In this document: one piece after another, positions 17,954 through 27,299 of the stretch | How the letters are laid out: each line of letters starts with the position of its first letter | Numbering within the stretch: position 1 is the stretch's first letter | IMG/VR virus record: IMGVR_UViG_3300046734_001067 | Span: 1-43,771 of that record | DNA from: a virus | Taxonomy: Duplodnaviria; Caudoviricetes | Reading direction: 5' to 3' (one strand) | Length of the DNA: 43,771 nucleotides | Translations under genes and position numbers: made by a program | The notes under the pieces: generated by a model | Databases searched by the model: none | The model's input: only the letters and a program-made list of their open reading frames with translations | Told to the model about the DNA's origin: nothing

Positions 17954-18420
17954 TAGTAATTAAAATACTTAAATAGGAAAAGGTCAAACAACCCTTTGAG
18001 TGTTCTAGCTTCCGATAGCTCAATACCCATTCCAAATTTTAAAGTAGAATTTTTTACCACACTAAGAGAAAAAGCTTTTAGTCCGTTTTTCTTTGTGTAT
18101 GGTTTAAAGGAAATTTGAGTTTTATCATCATTGTAAGTATGATAAGCAGAGAATTCAACGTACTTTTCGATTGCATGTAAAATTCCGCCAACCTCGTTTT
18201 CATTAAGTTTAAAATAAATATTTTTTTCTGGATCTTTAGCATTAGCACTGAAAGAGCCTGTTTTGCTTTTGCTATTCCAACTCGCTTGTTTGATTGATTG
18301 AACCAAGACGGAAGGTTTTACCTGATTACCTTCTTTATCTGTCTCTATGATTTTAAAAGAAAAAGCGCATCCAGCGTTTGATGAATTAGGTTTATAAATA
18401 TCGTATTGTTTATGACTCAT
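17953..18420 (-). CDS. hypothetical protein, possibly a Whirly-like ssDNA-binding protein
   Basis: YDIYKP..AFSF...IYFKLNENEVGGIL...YH; two beta-beta-beta-helix units; TATAAT 5 nt upstream of the ATG. Confidence 0.55.
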   Translation of the reverse strand: MSHKQYDIYKPNSSNAGCAFSFKIIETDKEGNQVKPSVLVQSIKQASWNSKSKTGSFSANAKDPEKNIYFKLNENEVGGILHAIEKYVEFSAYHTYNDDKTQISFKPYTKKNGLKAFSLSVVKNSTLKFGMGIELSEARTLKGLFDLFLFKYFNY

Positions 18421-18450
18421 GCGAGATTATAAACCATCTAATACAATATT

Positions 18451-19608
18451 CTATGCATCTTCTCCCATTTCGGTAATAATTTTTAATTCTTCCATGTCGT
18501 ACGTTTTAATTGATGGAACTGGCGTATAAAATAATTTATCGAAACTTTTGATATATTCTGGGAAATGCTTTTCAACCGTCGGCCTGAGATTGTTATAAAG
18601 ATTTAAATAGCGAACTAAATTTTCACATCTATAAAAAGCTCCATACGCTTGAAAATGAAAAAGTATTTTATGCAAAAGATCTTGAAAAAGCAAAAGTCTG
18701 TTTGTTTCTTTTTTTTCTTCATATCTCGCTAAAAAATCAGCTAACGAAACTTCTTTAAGAAGATTTGAGTATTCGTGGTATTTTTTAAGAAAATTTTGTA
18801 CATCTTTTTGCGAAAAATATAATCCTAAATTATTGACCACCTTTAATAGGCTATAATACAAGTCAGCTTGATGCGCATTTTCAAAATTGATAAATTTAAT
18901 AAATTCTGACTGATACAAAATGTTGCTTTTTTTTAAATCAGAATGGCACAAGACGGGAATATCTTCAGAGTAATTTTGTTGGTAAATTTCTTTTAATTTT
19001 GAGAAAATATAAGAAAGTTTTTCAACGTTCAAATCGACAAGTTTTTCAAAAATAATAAGTTCTTGCGGTTCGCTTTCTTGAACTGCATCAAGGATTGATT
19101 CATTTTGTATAAATTTTTCTCTAAAGGAGGGTAATTTTGAATTATCAGACTCATGAACAAAATCCAGATTACAGGCAAACGTAACGATATTAAAAATAAG
19201 ATCATTAATTCCATAATAATCGAAATTTTGTCCATTTTCCCATGTTGTTAGTAAAAACTCTAAACCGTGATCAACATTTTTTGTATAATTAATAATTTTT
19301 GGCGAAATCAAATCACTAACAGAAGTCAAGCAAAAATTTTCTGTTGTTAACTTTTTGTTTTCTGGGTCTAGGCTAATTTTTAATAAGTATTTTTTATCTT
19401 CAATTAAAAGTGAATAACTTTCATAAAAAAAGTTTGAACTTATTAGTGTTGCGTCCTCTTGTTCGATTTCAGAATTTGGGAAAAGATCCTTTAGATATTT
19501 TTTGATCAAACTTATTTCAAATTCAGATATTTCAGAATCCCTTTCTTGTGTTTTGTTATCTACAACAACGAAATTATTCATCCGAAACTCTTTTTCCTTT
19601 TTAACCAT
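18451..19608 (-). CDS. APH/choline-kinase-like phosphotransferase (possibly degenerate)
   Basis: YLLKI, LCHSDLKKSNIL catalytic loop, FINFE where IDFE is expected. Confidence 0.75.
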   Translation of the reverse strand: MVKKEKEFRMNNFVVVDNKTQERDSEISEFEISLIKKYLKDLFPNSEIEQEDATLISSNFFYESYSLLIEDKKYLLKISLDPENKKLTTENFCLTSVSDLISPKIINYTKNVDHGLEFLLTTWENGQNFDYYGINDLIFNIVTFACNLDFVHESDNSKLPSFREKFIQNESILDAVQESEPQELIIFEKLVDLNVEKLSYIFSKLKEIYQQNYSEDIPVLCHSDLKKSNILYQSEFIKFINFENAHQADLYYSLLKVVNNLGLYFSQKDVQNFLKKYHEYSNLLKEVSLADFLARYEEKKETNRLLLFQDLLHKILFHFQAYGAFYRCENLVRYLNLYNNLRPTVEKHFPEYIKSFDKLFYTPVPSIKTYDMEELKIITEMGEDA

Positions 19609-19616
19609 ATATTATA

Positions 19617-19622
19617 TTACAC
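19617..19622 (-). promoter_or_regulatory. GTGTAA upstream element
   Basis: GTGTAA, 8 nt, ATG 19608. Confidence 0.7.
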
Positions 19623-19649
19623 AAAAAAGGCGGTATTTCTACCGCCTTT
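19623..19649 (-). terminator. intrinsic terminator
   Basis: AAAGGCGGTA-GAAA-TACCGCC followed by TTTTTT on the minus strand, just after the stop at 19654. Confidence 0.85.
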
Positions 19650-19653
19650 GTAT

Positions 19654-19866
19654 TTAGATCTGAGTGCTGCCCATTGACAGCTTTTGAAGGCTCGTCTTCG
19701 CAAATTTGCGAGTTACTTTCGCATTTCGATCTCGGACAATTACGTAGCTCGGAGTTTCCCGAACAAACTGCGCGTTAACAGTTTCTCCTTGCCGAGTAGT
19801 GAGGCCGAAAAATCGGCCGCGACTCGCACTAATCGCTTTTACGATGTTTTTTGTTTTTCTATTCAT
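19654..19866 (-). CDS. small basic hypothetical protein (possible SH3/Sm-like fold)
   Basis: 70 aa, Arg/Lys-rich; fills the gap between the Clp gene and the terminator. Confidence 0.7.
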   Translation of the reverse strand: MNRKTKNIVKAISASRGRFFGLTTRQGETVNAQFVRETPSYVIVRDRNAKVTRKFAKTSLQKLSMGSTQI

Positions 19867-19882
19867 ATTTTTATTATTTATG

Positions 19883-21376
19883 TTAAAATCCTATCTTGCC
19901 ATAAGATGGCACGTTCCTGTTATTTTTGATATCTTCTTTAGGCGTTTTTAATTTAAATGCAAATATATCATAAATAATCTCCATGTCAACATCAAAAACT
20001 TTATTTTCTAAACTTTCTCCCCATTTTGCAAGAATTTTATTATATTTTTGTAAATATTTATTGTGCTCGGCTTTTGATTTGAAGTCTTCATCGATTAATT
20101 TGCTCTCCATATTTTTTGCTGTTTGTGGGCGAACAATATGCGCTTTTCTGGTTTTGGCGCCAGACTCATCTAGTATATCAAAAGCTTTGTCTGGAAATTT
20201 TTTATTTTTTAAATAAATATCGCAGAGTTCGATAATTTTTTCTAAAACTTCTTGGCTATACTCTACTTGATGATACTCTTCGTAAGGCCTTTTAGCCACC
20301 TTGATTAGTTCTAGAGTTTCTGCTTTTGTGGGTTCGGCAATCTCAATCTTTTCAAAACGGCGATCAAGGGCAGAATCTTTTTTGAAAAAACTATTATATT
20401 CCTGCATTGTTGTGGCTCCAACGCAAGATATATTACCTCTAGACAAAGCTGGCTTAAATATATTAGCGAAATCTAACCCTCCGTCCGTGCTGTTTCCTGC
20501 TCCAACGATTGTATGAATTTCGTCAATAAACAAAATGTATTTTTTGTTTGCAGAAAGGTGAGAAAGTATGTCTTTAAGCTTTTGCTCCATTTGTCCTCTG
20601 TAAATTGTGCCAGCTAATATCGACGTCAGATCTAGAGAAATAACCTCTTTATGTAGCAGTAAATCTGGGCACTCTCTTTTGACTATTTTTTCAGCCAAAC
20701 CTTCAGCTATGGCTGTTTTACCAACACCAGCTTCTCCTACTAGGATAACATTACTTTTATTTCTTTTTAATAAAATTTCAAATACCCGTTCTATTTCTTT
20801 TTCTCTACCACATATTTCAAAACCACCCCTCTCTAGTATTTTTTCATTTAAATTTTCCGACCATTCTGAAATGTCTAATGAAGTTGATGGCTCTTGTTGA
20901 GGGGCGGCGCCAGAATGAATGAGTTCTTGGGGAGTCCCAGACTTTATGACTTCTTCGAAATTTTTGATAAGTTTACTTAAGTCTATATCCAAGGAAGTAA
21001 AAAAGTCGGCGATAGCTTCTCTGCTAGATAGTATAGAAAGAAGAATATGATCCGCACCTATGTAATTATCTTTAAATTTTTTAGCTTTTAAGAGGGCGTA
21101 ATCTAAAATTTCTTTAATTTCAGGAGCAAATATTTCTTTTTTCCTTTTTCTCTCTTTGTAGTTCGATAAGACATGCTTGAGATTTTGATTAACTCCTTCT
21201 TTAATTAAACCATTAGAATTAAAAATAAAATCAATATTATTATGATCAAATTCAAGAAGCGCTACAATTAGGTGGAGATCTATTACTTTAAGATGTCCAA
21301 AATTTTGGGCGACTAATCTCGCATTGTCTATCGCTTTTTTTGCGGTGGGAGTTAGGTTATAATTAGATAGATCCAT
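19883..21376 (-). CDS. truncated ClpA/ClpC-like ATPase (Clp N-domain plus NBD1 only)
   Basis: N-domain repeats (YIGADHILLSIL), GREKEI, LVGEAGVGKTAIAEGLA, LFIDEIHTIVGAG, KDSALDRRF, FPDKAFDILDE; no second Walker A; ends in KIGF. Confidence 0.88.
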   Translation of the reverse strand: MDLSNYNLTPTAKKAIDNARLVAQNFGHLKVIDLHLIVALLEFDHNNIDFIFNSNGLIKEGVNQNLKHVLSNYKERKRKKEIFAPEIKEILDYALLKAKKFKDNYIGADHILLSILSSREAIADFFTSLDIDLSKLIKNFEEVIKSGTPQELIHSGAAPQQEPSTSLDISEWSENLNEKILERGGFEICGREKEIERVFEILLKRNKSNVILVGEAGVGKTAIAEGLAEKIVKRECPDLLLHKEVISLDLTSILAGTIYRGQMEQKLKDILSHLSANKKYILFIDEIHTIVGAGNSTDGGLDFANIFKPALSRGNISCVGATTMQEYNSFFKKDSALDRRFEKIEIAEPTKAETLELIKVAKRPYEEYHQVEYSQEVLEKIIELCDIYLKNKKFPDKAFDILDESGAKTRKAHIVRPQTAKNMESKLIDEDFKSKAEHNKYLQKYNKILAKWGESLENKVFDVDMEIIYDIFAFKLKTPKEDIKNNRNVPSYGKIGF

Positions 21377-23952
21377 TATTTTATTTCTGATAATTTTGTG
21401 TAGATTTTTTCGTCTAGAATAGTAATTTTCTCTCCGAAAATAACGTCATCGCCTTTGCTGCCGTAAATAAAAACGATTTGCTCTTCTTTGGGTTTTTTAC
21501 CACCGCTGTTTAAATAATTGTCTAAAGTAGCAGCACGTCTATTATTCATAAGCATAAAATTTATTTTACCAAAATCATCTTGGATTTCAACCCTCATGTA
21601 TTTATTTCCAGCTGCACTTGTGCGAGATATACAATCTGTAACAACGCCCACGAATTTGACTCGATCATTGTTTGGAACTGATTTCAGTGTTAAGCTGTTA
21701 TACATATCTCCGCAGTTTTCAAATACGTCTTTAATTTCAGTTGAATGACTGTAACCCAAGTATTTGCGCTCAAAGAACCAATTTGCAAACTTTAGATGAT
21801 CTTTGTTTTTGTCGTAGATTGTTTTGTAAGAAGCGTACTTCTTTTTAAATGTTTCAAAACGAGATGGTTTCATAATAGGTTTACCATCATCTGCCACTAG
21901 GGAGTCTTTAACTATTGAGTGTATAGTTTCCAAAACATCATAATTAAATTTATCGCCTAGCTGTATTACATTTCGCTTTTCTCTATCGGTTAAAATATTG
22001 AAGGCTTGAGCCTCTAAAACTAATCGACAGCGATTTGGTATTTTTTTCTGAGATGAACAAAAAGAATCCATCATACCTCCTTGTACTAGTCCAGACAGAA
22101 CGCCAATGTTGAGGCTACACTGCTTTGCGGTAGTAAATATATCGTATTTATTCTGATTACCTTCTTGGGCTTTTCTAAAATCTACCAAGCTTTCTAAGGT
22201 TTTTTCCGATACGCCCTTAATGCTATTCACTCCAAAACGAATGTTGCGACCTTCAATATCAAAGTTAATATCAGACTTTGATAAATCTGGCGGAAGAAGC
22301 TTCATGTTAAATAAGCAAAGTTCCTGGTTGATTAATGCTATTTCCGCATGAGAATCTGGCTCATGTTTAGTCATTTTAAGCAATGAAAGAAAAAACTCTT
22401 TTGGGTGCTTAAATTTTAAGTAAGTCGTGATAGCGGCAAGAATCGCATAACTAATTGAGTGAGACTTATTAAAAGAGTAATTTGCCGAGTCTTCTGCAAC
22501 TTTCCAAAGAACCTCTCCGACTTCTTTGTCTAAATTATTTTGAGCAATTTTTTGCTCAATCTTAGCTTTCCAAGCTGGCATTTGATCTACTTTTTTCTTA
22601 CCCACGATTCTACGAAGCTGTTCCGACTCATCAAGAGTAAAACCAACCTTAACGGCCATCTTCATCAATTGCTCTTGGTATAAAGGAATACCGCCAGTAT
22701 AAGACAGGACATCATCAAAGAATTCATTGACTGATTGGAATCTAGAAGTCCTTGCATATTCGGAGTAAACATCCAGATAATCAAGTGCGCCAGGACGAGC
22801 AATAGCAACAACGGCAGATAGCTCTTCAAGATTTTTAGGAGCGATTTTTTTACAGACTTTAAAGTTTGTATCCGCCTCAATCTGGAACAAGCCTTTGGGC
22901 GCCTCAATAGATTTGAAGTTTTCGTATATTTCTTCGAGTCCAACATCTATGTCTTCAATATTTATGCCCAATTGTTTACAGGTGTCATTTACTACGGAAA
23001 GGGTTCTAAGACCAAGAATATCAAACTTGACCGTCAAAGATGCGACGTCATTCATGTCGTAGGTAGATATTAAATCCCCGTCATTTGTTTTTTGCATCGG
23101 CATAATTTCTGCAATATCGTAGAAACTAATAGCAATACCAGATGGGTGAACTCCTGTATTTTTGTTTAACCCTTCTAATTTTTTTGCAATTTTGAATATT
23201 TTTGCGTTTTTGTCAGCAAACTCTTTGAACTTGTCACTCTCTGCAACGGCTTGATCTAATTTAGCTACCTTGCCAAACTGTTTAGGGATAAGTGAGCTAA
23301 TCTGATTTACTTCATCTTCAGACATCTCTCCGACTATTTTACCACATTCCTTTACGCATAATTTACTACTTAAAGTATTGAGTGTAAGAATCTTACAGGT
23401 TCTGCCCTTGTGTTTTTTCTCAATATATTGAATAACCTCTTGGCGGCGATCATAAGAAATATCGTTGTCAACGTCAGCAAGAAGCGAACCGTCAAGATAT
23501 GTGATACCATCAACAACTGTTTTCTTCGCACGGCTCTTTGATACAAATCGCTCAAAGAAAAGATCATATTTAATTGGATCGACATTTGTCACTTTTAACA
23601 AATACAATACCAATGAACCAGCGGCAGATCCTCGACCTGGGCCAGTTGGTATCAAATTTTGGTGACAAAAATTTAAAACATCCCAATTGAGTAGAATATA
23701 ATCGACAAAGCCAAGCTCTTGTAGGACAGAAAGCTCCATCTTTACTCGATCGTAATATTCTTGTTTATTGTCGAGTTTATCAATGCCTCTCTGTTCTACC
23801 CCACGAAGACACAATGCCCTCAGAAGGTCATAATTAGAAGATTGAGGGTCTAGGTCAAGTTGATGGTATACTCGCAGTTCTACATCAATTTCTGGTAAAC
23901 GAACGCCTGGCGGCATTGGCCTCTCTAGTGGTTTTAAATTTCTAATTGCCAT
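21376..23952 (-). CDS. dnaE: DNA polymerase III alpha, catalytic part (no PHP domain)
   Basis: GPGRGSAAGSLVLY, FERF, ADVDND, GVHPSG, KFDILGL, YQEQLM, YSFNKSHS, C-terminal OB fold. Confidence 0.95.
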   Translation of the reverse strand: MAIRNLKPLERPMPPGVRLPEIDVELRVYHQLDLDPQSSNYDLLRALCLRGVEQRGIDKLDNKQEYYDRVKMELSVLQELGFVDYILLNWDVLNFCHQNLIPTGPGRGSAAGSLVLYLLKVTNVDPIKYDLFFERFVSKSRAKKTVVDGITYLDGSLLADVDNDISYDRRQEVIQYIEKKHKGRTCKILTLNTLSSKLCVKECGKIVGEMSEDEVNQISSLIPKQFGKVAKLDQAVAESDKFKEFADKNAKIFKIAKKLEGLNKNTGVHPSGIAISFYDIAEIMPMQKTNDGDLISTYDMNDVASLTVKFDILGLRTLSVVNDTCKQLGINIEDIDVGLEEIYENFKSIEAPKGLFQIEADTNFKVCKKIAPKNLEELSAVVAIARPGALDYLDVYSEYARTSRFQSVNEFFDDVLSYTGGIPLYQEQLMKMAVKVGFTLDESEQLRRIVGKKKVDQMPAWKAKIEQKIAQNNLDKEVGEVLWKVAEDSANYSFNKSHSISYAILAAITTYLKFKHPKEFFLSLLKMTKHEPDSHAEIALINQELCLFNMKLLPPDLSKSDINFDIEGRNIRFGVNSIKGVSEKTLESLVDFRKAQEGNQNKYDIFTTAKQCSLNIGVLSGLVQGGMMDSFCSSQKKIPNRCRLVLEAQAFNILTDREKRNVIQLGDKFNYDVLETIHSIVKDSLVADDGKPIMKPSRFETFKKKYASYKTIYDKNKDHLKFANWFFERKYLGYSHSTEIKDVFENCGDMYNSLTLKSVPNNDRVKFVGVVTDCISRTSAAGNKYMRVEIQDDFGKINFMLMNNRRAATLDNYLNSGGKKPKEEQIVFIYGSKGDDVIFGEKITILDEKIYTKLSEIK

Positions 23953-24566
23953 AATTGTTTTTGGAATATTTCAAAGTTCTTCTCAATATCGTATAAAGCA
24001 TCATGCAACTTTTTTTCATCAAAGTCAATCTCATAATGTTGTAATAAAAACTTTTGAGAAGTTTTGAGTCCTCTTTCTCTGTAATTTAGGTATCTTAACT
24101 GCCAAGATAGAAAATCTTGTTTGCTTGGGTTTTTATTATCTTTGGCAATGGCTGTTGCGATTGCTTTAGTATCGAAGCATCTTTTGGCAAAAGAATAATC
24201 TATTTTGATATTCAAGTTTCTTGCTATGACGCCAAGCATATAAAGATCATAACCAAGAATATTCTGTCCAACAACAATGACGTCGTTTTGGCTTATCAAG
24301 TCCATAAACTCTTTAAGCACTACGGCAGGGTCTTCAGCTTTAGATAAGTAGTCTTTTTTATTGAATCCAGTGATCTTAGCCGCTCCTTCCGAAACATTCA
24401 AATCATCCCACATAAGAAAACGATTTTGTTTTTTTGTTATCTTTTTGCCAGTGGCTTCGATCCAAGCTAGCTGCCAAGGTTTAGAAGAAACGAGATTTAA
24501 GCCCTCTGTTTCTGTATCAAAGATAATGTATTTTTGATCAAATTTAAATCTTAGTAAGTCTTCCAT
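23934..24566 (-). CDS. DEDDh 3'-5' exonuclease (DnaQ/epsilon-like)
   Basis: FDTETEGL, GQNILGYD, LHDALYD; ATG 24566 overlaps the upstream TAA. Confidence 0.9.
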   Translation of the reverse strand: MEDLLRFKFDQKYIIFDTETEGLNLVSSKPWQLAWIEATGKKITKKQNRFLMWDDLNVSEGAAKITGFNKKDYLSKAEDPAVVLKEFMDLISQNDVIVVGQNILGYDLYMLGVIARNLNIKIDYSFAKRCFDTKAIATAIAKDNKNPSKQDFLSWQLRYLNYRERGLKTSQKFLLQHYEIDFDEKKLHDALYDIEKNFEIFQKQLWQLEI

Positions 24567-25246
24567 TATTTGTCCTCCTTCCAAGCTTCTACGCAAAAAC
24601 GATCACTACCAAAATGGTCAAGTCGTGGATTAGATAGGCTGGCTTGTCGGCCAGGCTTACGATTGCAGATGCATTTGTATGTTTGAAATGCTTCGACATC
24701 TTCTTTATTTTCATAATAAATAGATTTGGCTTTGGTTATTGTTTTTTTAGGACTAGTATCGGTATACGCCTTAACTTTTTCTTTAAGTAAAAAGTCGAAG
24801 GGTAGATTATTGTCTTCCATAATAAAATCCATTTCATCTGGCAGGTGCGGCATACAGTTAGTAAAACTAGTAAGGTTTTTATGCAGGAATGAATCATAAA
24901 ACGGAATGGCAAATTTTATGTTTTTATAGTCAAACCAAGGAGTCTTGATTTTTTTATCAAAACTTTCTGTATGGAGTTTATAAAGCTCTTTGCATCCCTC
25001 ATCTCCATCTGCCAAGGCTATAATCTTGCTTTCTGATTCTGGACTTTCGTCATCATTAAATATGGACAACCTAAGACCAAAACGAAGCCTATCACCAAAC
25101 AAACGGAAGGCTTCTGGGAAGCCCGTCATGCTGTCCTCAACAAGATATATTTCATCAATATTATTATCGGTAGCAATTCGATCGACATCATCGAGACGAA
25201 GTATGCTTTTACCAATAGAAAAGTGAGTTTTAAATAATGGTATCAT
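24566..25246 (-). CDS. stand-alone, degenerate PHP domain of Pol III alpha
   Basis: PLFKTHFSIGKSIL, LVEDSMTGF, IIALADGDEGCKELYKL, IYYENKED; matches the DnaE N-terminus. Confidence 0.8.
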   Translation of the reverse strand: MIPLFKTHFSIGKSILRLDDVDRIATDNNIDEIYLVEDSMTGFPEAFRLFGDRLRFGLRLSIFNDDESPESESKIIALADGDEGCKELYKLHTESFDKKIKTPWFDYKNIKFAIPFYDSFLHKNLTSFTNCMPHLPDEMDFIMEDNNLPFDFLLKEKVKAYTDTSPKKTITKAKSIYYENKEDVEAFQTYKCICNRKPGRQASLSNPRLDHFGSDRFCVEAWKEDK

Positions 25247-25253
25247 ATACGGT

Positions 25254-25282
25254 AGTATACGATAATATTATCTATTTGTCAA
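25254..25282 (-). promoter_or_regulatory. near-consensus sigma70 promoter, leaderless
   Basis: TTGACA (25282-25277), 17 nt, TATACT (25259-25254), 7 nt, ATG 25246. Confidence 0.82.
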
Positions 25283-26266
25283 GTGTTTTGGGCAACCTTC
25301 GTAATATTTTAATTCGTGACTACCGCCTTCTGGAACCATATCTTTTTTAAAATCATCTTGAAAGCAGGAAGAGTGAAAATTTCCGTCTTTATCATGAATA
25401 GTCACATGCCAAAAATCAAACTTATAGGGACAGTGCCACATTACAGAGCCATCCTTCTTGAGTTGGCCTTTTTCTTTGGCAAACCCACATTGAAGCCTGC
25501 CACCAAAAGAACCATCTTCTGGAAACCCCTTATCTATAGCGAAGTTGGATACAGCGTCTTTTTCGTCAAAGTTTTCTAAATAGTCTTGAATGGACGCAAG
25601 CTGTAACTCGAAGCCTTCTAGGTCATCTTCGTCAATGGGCTTCATTTTCATTAAGCCGTCCTTTTTTAAATTAAATTTTAAAAATAAAAATTCCGATGTT
25701 CTATTTACATATTCTGGAAAAAGAGTTTTGACTGCAAGAGAATACATATAGTCTTGAAGATTGTCTTCCTTTTCTTTCCCCTCAAACTTTTTCTTGCTGG
25801 TCTTATAGTCACGAATGATTGCAATCTTTTTATCTTTATATAAAAACAACTGGTCAATAAAGCCGCGAATGTGGTAGCCATTTTGTTCGATGTCGAAGTC
25901 TAGTTCCGCATGCGCTTCATCTGGTATGCCTAACTCTTCTCCATGGAAGTTACAATCTAAGCCATTGAGTATCATCTCTTTGATCAGATTCATATTGTCG
26001 TCATCAGTGACTCCAAGCTCAGAAGCGTCGGACATGATTAAATCCTTTACTGCTTTAGATGCAAACGGGTCTTTAGCCTTGACAACTTTATTAAAGTGAG
26101 TCTTTGTTTTTTGCTTCGATAAAAACTCAAAAACATTATGGCACACTGTCCCCCGACGAGCCCCATCGTTGTTAGTGTCTGGAAGTTTTTGTTTGTACTT
26201 ACTCCAGTATATCCAACTGCATGATTGCGCCGTTTTAATACGGCTTGCTGATAGTTTAACTTCCAT
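25268..26266 (-). CDS. PD-(D/E)XK exonuclease, RecB/AddB/Cas4-like
   Basis: LSASRIK..C, GTVCH, IRGFIDQL, IRDYKTS, LQDYMY, C-terminal cysteines. Confidence 0.88.
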   Translation of the reverse strand: MEVKLSASRIKTAQSCSWIYWSKYKQKLPDTNNDGARRGTVCHNVFEFLSKQKTKTHFNKVVKAKDPFASKAVKDLIMSDASELGVTDDDNMNLIKEMILNGLDCNFHGEELGIPDEAHAELDFDIEQNGYHIRGFIDQLFLYKDKKIAIIRDYKTSKKKFEGKEKEDNLQDYMYSLAVKTLFPEYVNRTSEFLFLKFNLKKDGLMKMKPIDEDDLEGFELQLASIQDYLENFDEKDAVSNFAIDKGFPEDGSFGGRLQCGFAKEKGQLKKDGSVMWHCPYKFDFWHVTIHDKDGNFHSSCFQDDFKKDMVPEGGSHELKYYEGCPKHLTNR

Positions 26267-27299
26267 TTAAAATTTTAATTAATTTTTTGCAATGCGTATT
26301 TTTTGTGAGTTTTTCATTTTTGTTTATTTGCTTAAGTATATAGTCTTGAAATTTTGAGTCACCCAAGCTCCACTTATCTTTTCGTTCGTGCCATTGTCGA
26401 AAATTATCTAGTGTTGCCGTATCGCACTCTAGCATTTCGCCGAAATCATTACATAGAGGAGGGTTAATTTTAATCAAAGATAAATCAAAAACGGTTGATA
26501 GTTTTGATGCAACCTTAATAGAAGCTAAAGCTCCAGTATTTACATCTTTGTTATTGTCGTTGTTTGTGGCGATGATGATTCTTTTTAAGCTGAATGTATT
26601 AAGATAGGAAATCATCTTGGCAGAAATATCTAATCCAGCGAGCATTAGCACGTTACTGTAACCAGCTTCATAAAGAGCCATACAGTCGCCGATACTTTCT
26701 ACGAGTATGACTTCTTCTTTTTCTTCTATGTCTTTGTGAGAAAGATGGTGCGGATAAATCCAGTTTGTTTTGCGGCCCATGTGTTTCCACTTGGGTGTAT
26801 TTTCGCCATCAGTAACACTGCGACCAGAAAAACCATGAATTTGATTATCTAAATTATAAATAGGGAAAACAATCCTACGATACATTTTGCCACCGCCAGC
26901 ATAACCGCATTTAAACTTGTCTTGTGTCCCTGCTGAGATCCCTCTTTTTTCATAAAAGGTTTTCATCGGCAGTAGTTTGTCTAAGTATGAATCTGGATAT
27001 ACTTTTTCCATTTCTATTTTTTCTTCTTTGGGTTTGGGTTTCTGATAAGAATCTGGATTGTTAATTAAATACTCTTTTAGAGCTTTAGGGTCTTCTGTTC
27101 TCAGCGTCTCTTTAACCAAGGCTGTAAATGGCTTTGCTTGATTATCGCCGCCGAAGTCTTTCCATACGCCAGTATCTTTATATATAATAAGAGAAGTATT
27201 CGTTTTTCCATTACGGTAAATTGCTCTGCTTCGCCAGTGGTTACCACAATCTTGCAGTGGGTAGCCTAATTTTTCTAATGAATGTCTGTATTCGTTCAT
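26256..27299 (-). CDS. DnaG-like primase (TOPRIM)
   Basis: RIVFPIYN..HGFSGR..PKWKH, ILVESIGDCMAL, NDFGEM; adjacent to the helicase. Confidence 0.85.
   Translation of the reverse strand: MNEYRHSLEKLGYPLQDCGNHWRSRAIYRNGKTNTSLIIYKDTGVWKDFGGDNQAKPFTALVKETLRTEDPKALKEYLINNPDSYQKPKPKEEKIEMEKVYPDSYLDKLLPMKTFYEKRGISAGTQDKFKCGYAGGGKMYRRIVFPIYNLDNQIHGFSGRSVTDGENTPKWKHMGRKTNWIYPHHLSHKDIEEKEEVILVESIGDCMALYEAGYSNVLMLAGLDISAKMISYLNTFSLKRIIIATNNDNNKDVNTGALASIKVASKLSTVFDLSLIKINPPLCNDFGEMLECDTATLDNFRQWHERKDKWSLGDSKFQDYILKQINKNEKLTKNTHCKKLIKILNGS

Noticed and set aside
21376-25246. Split-intein DnaE of the cyanobacterial type
   Set aside because: No intein terminal motifs (CL/CF..., HN-C/S) at either junction
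25268-26266. Cas4 as evidence of CRISPR-Cas
   Set aside because: A solo RecB-family nuclease in a replication operon, which is common in phages
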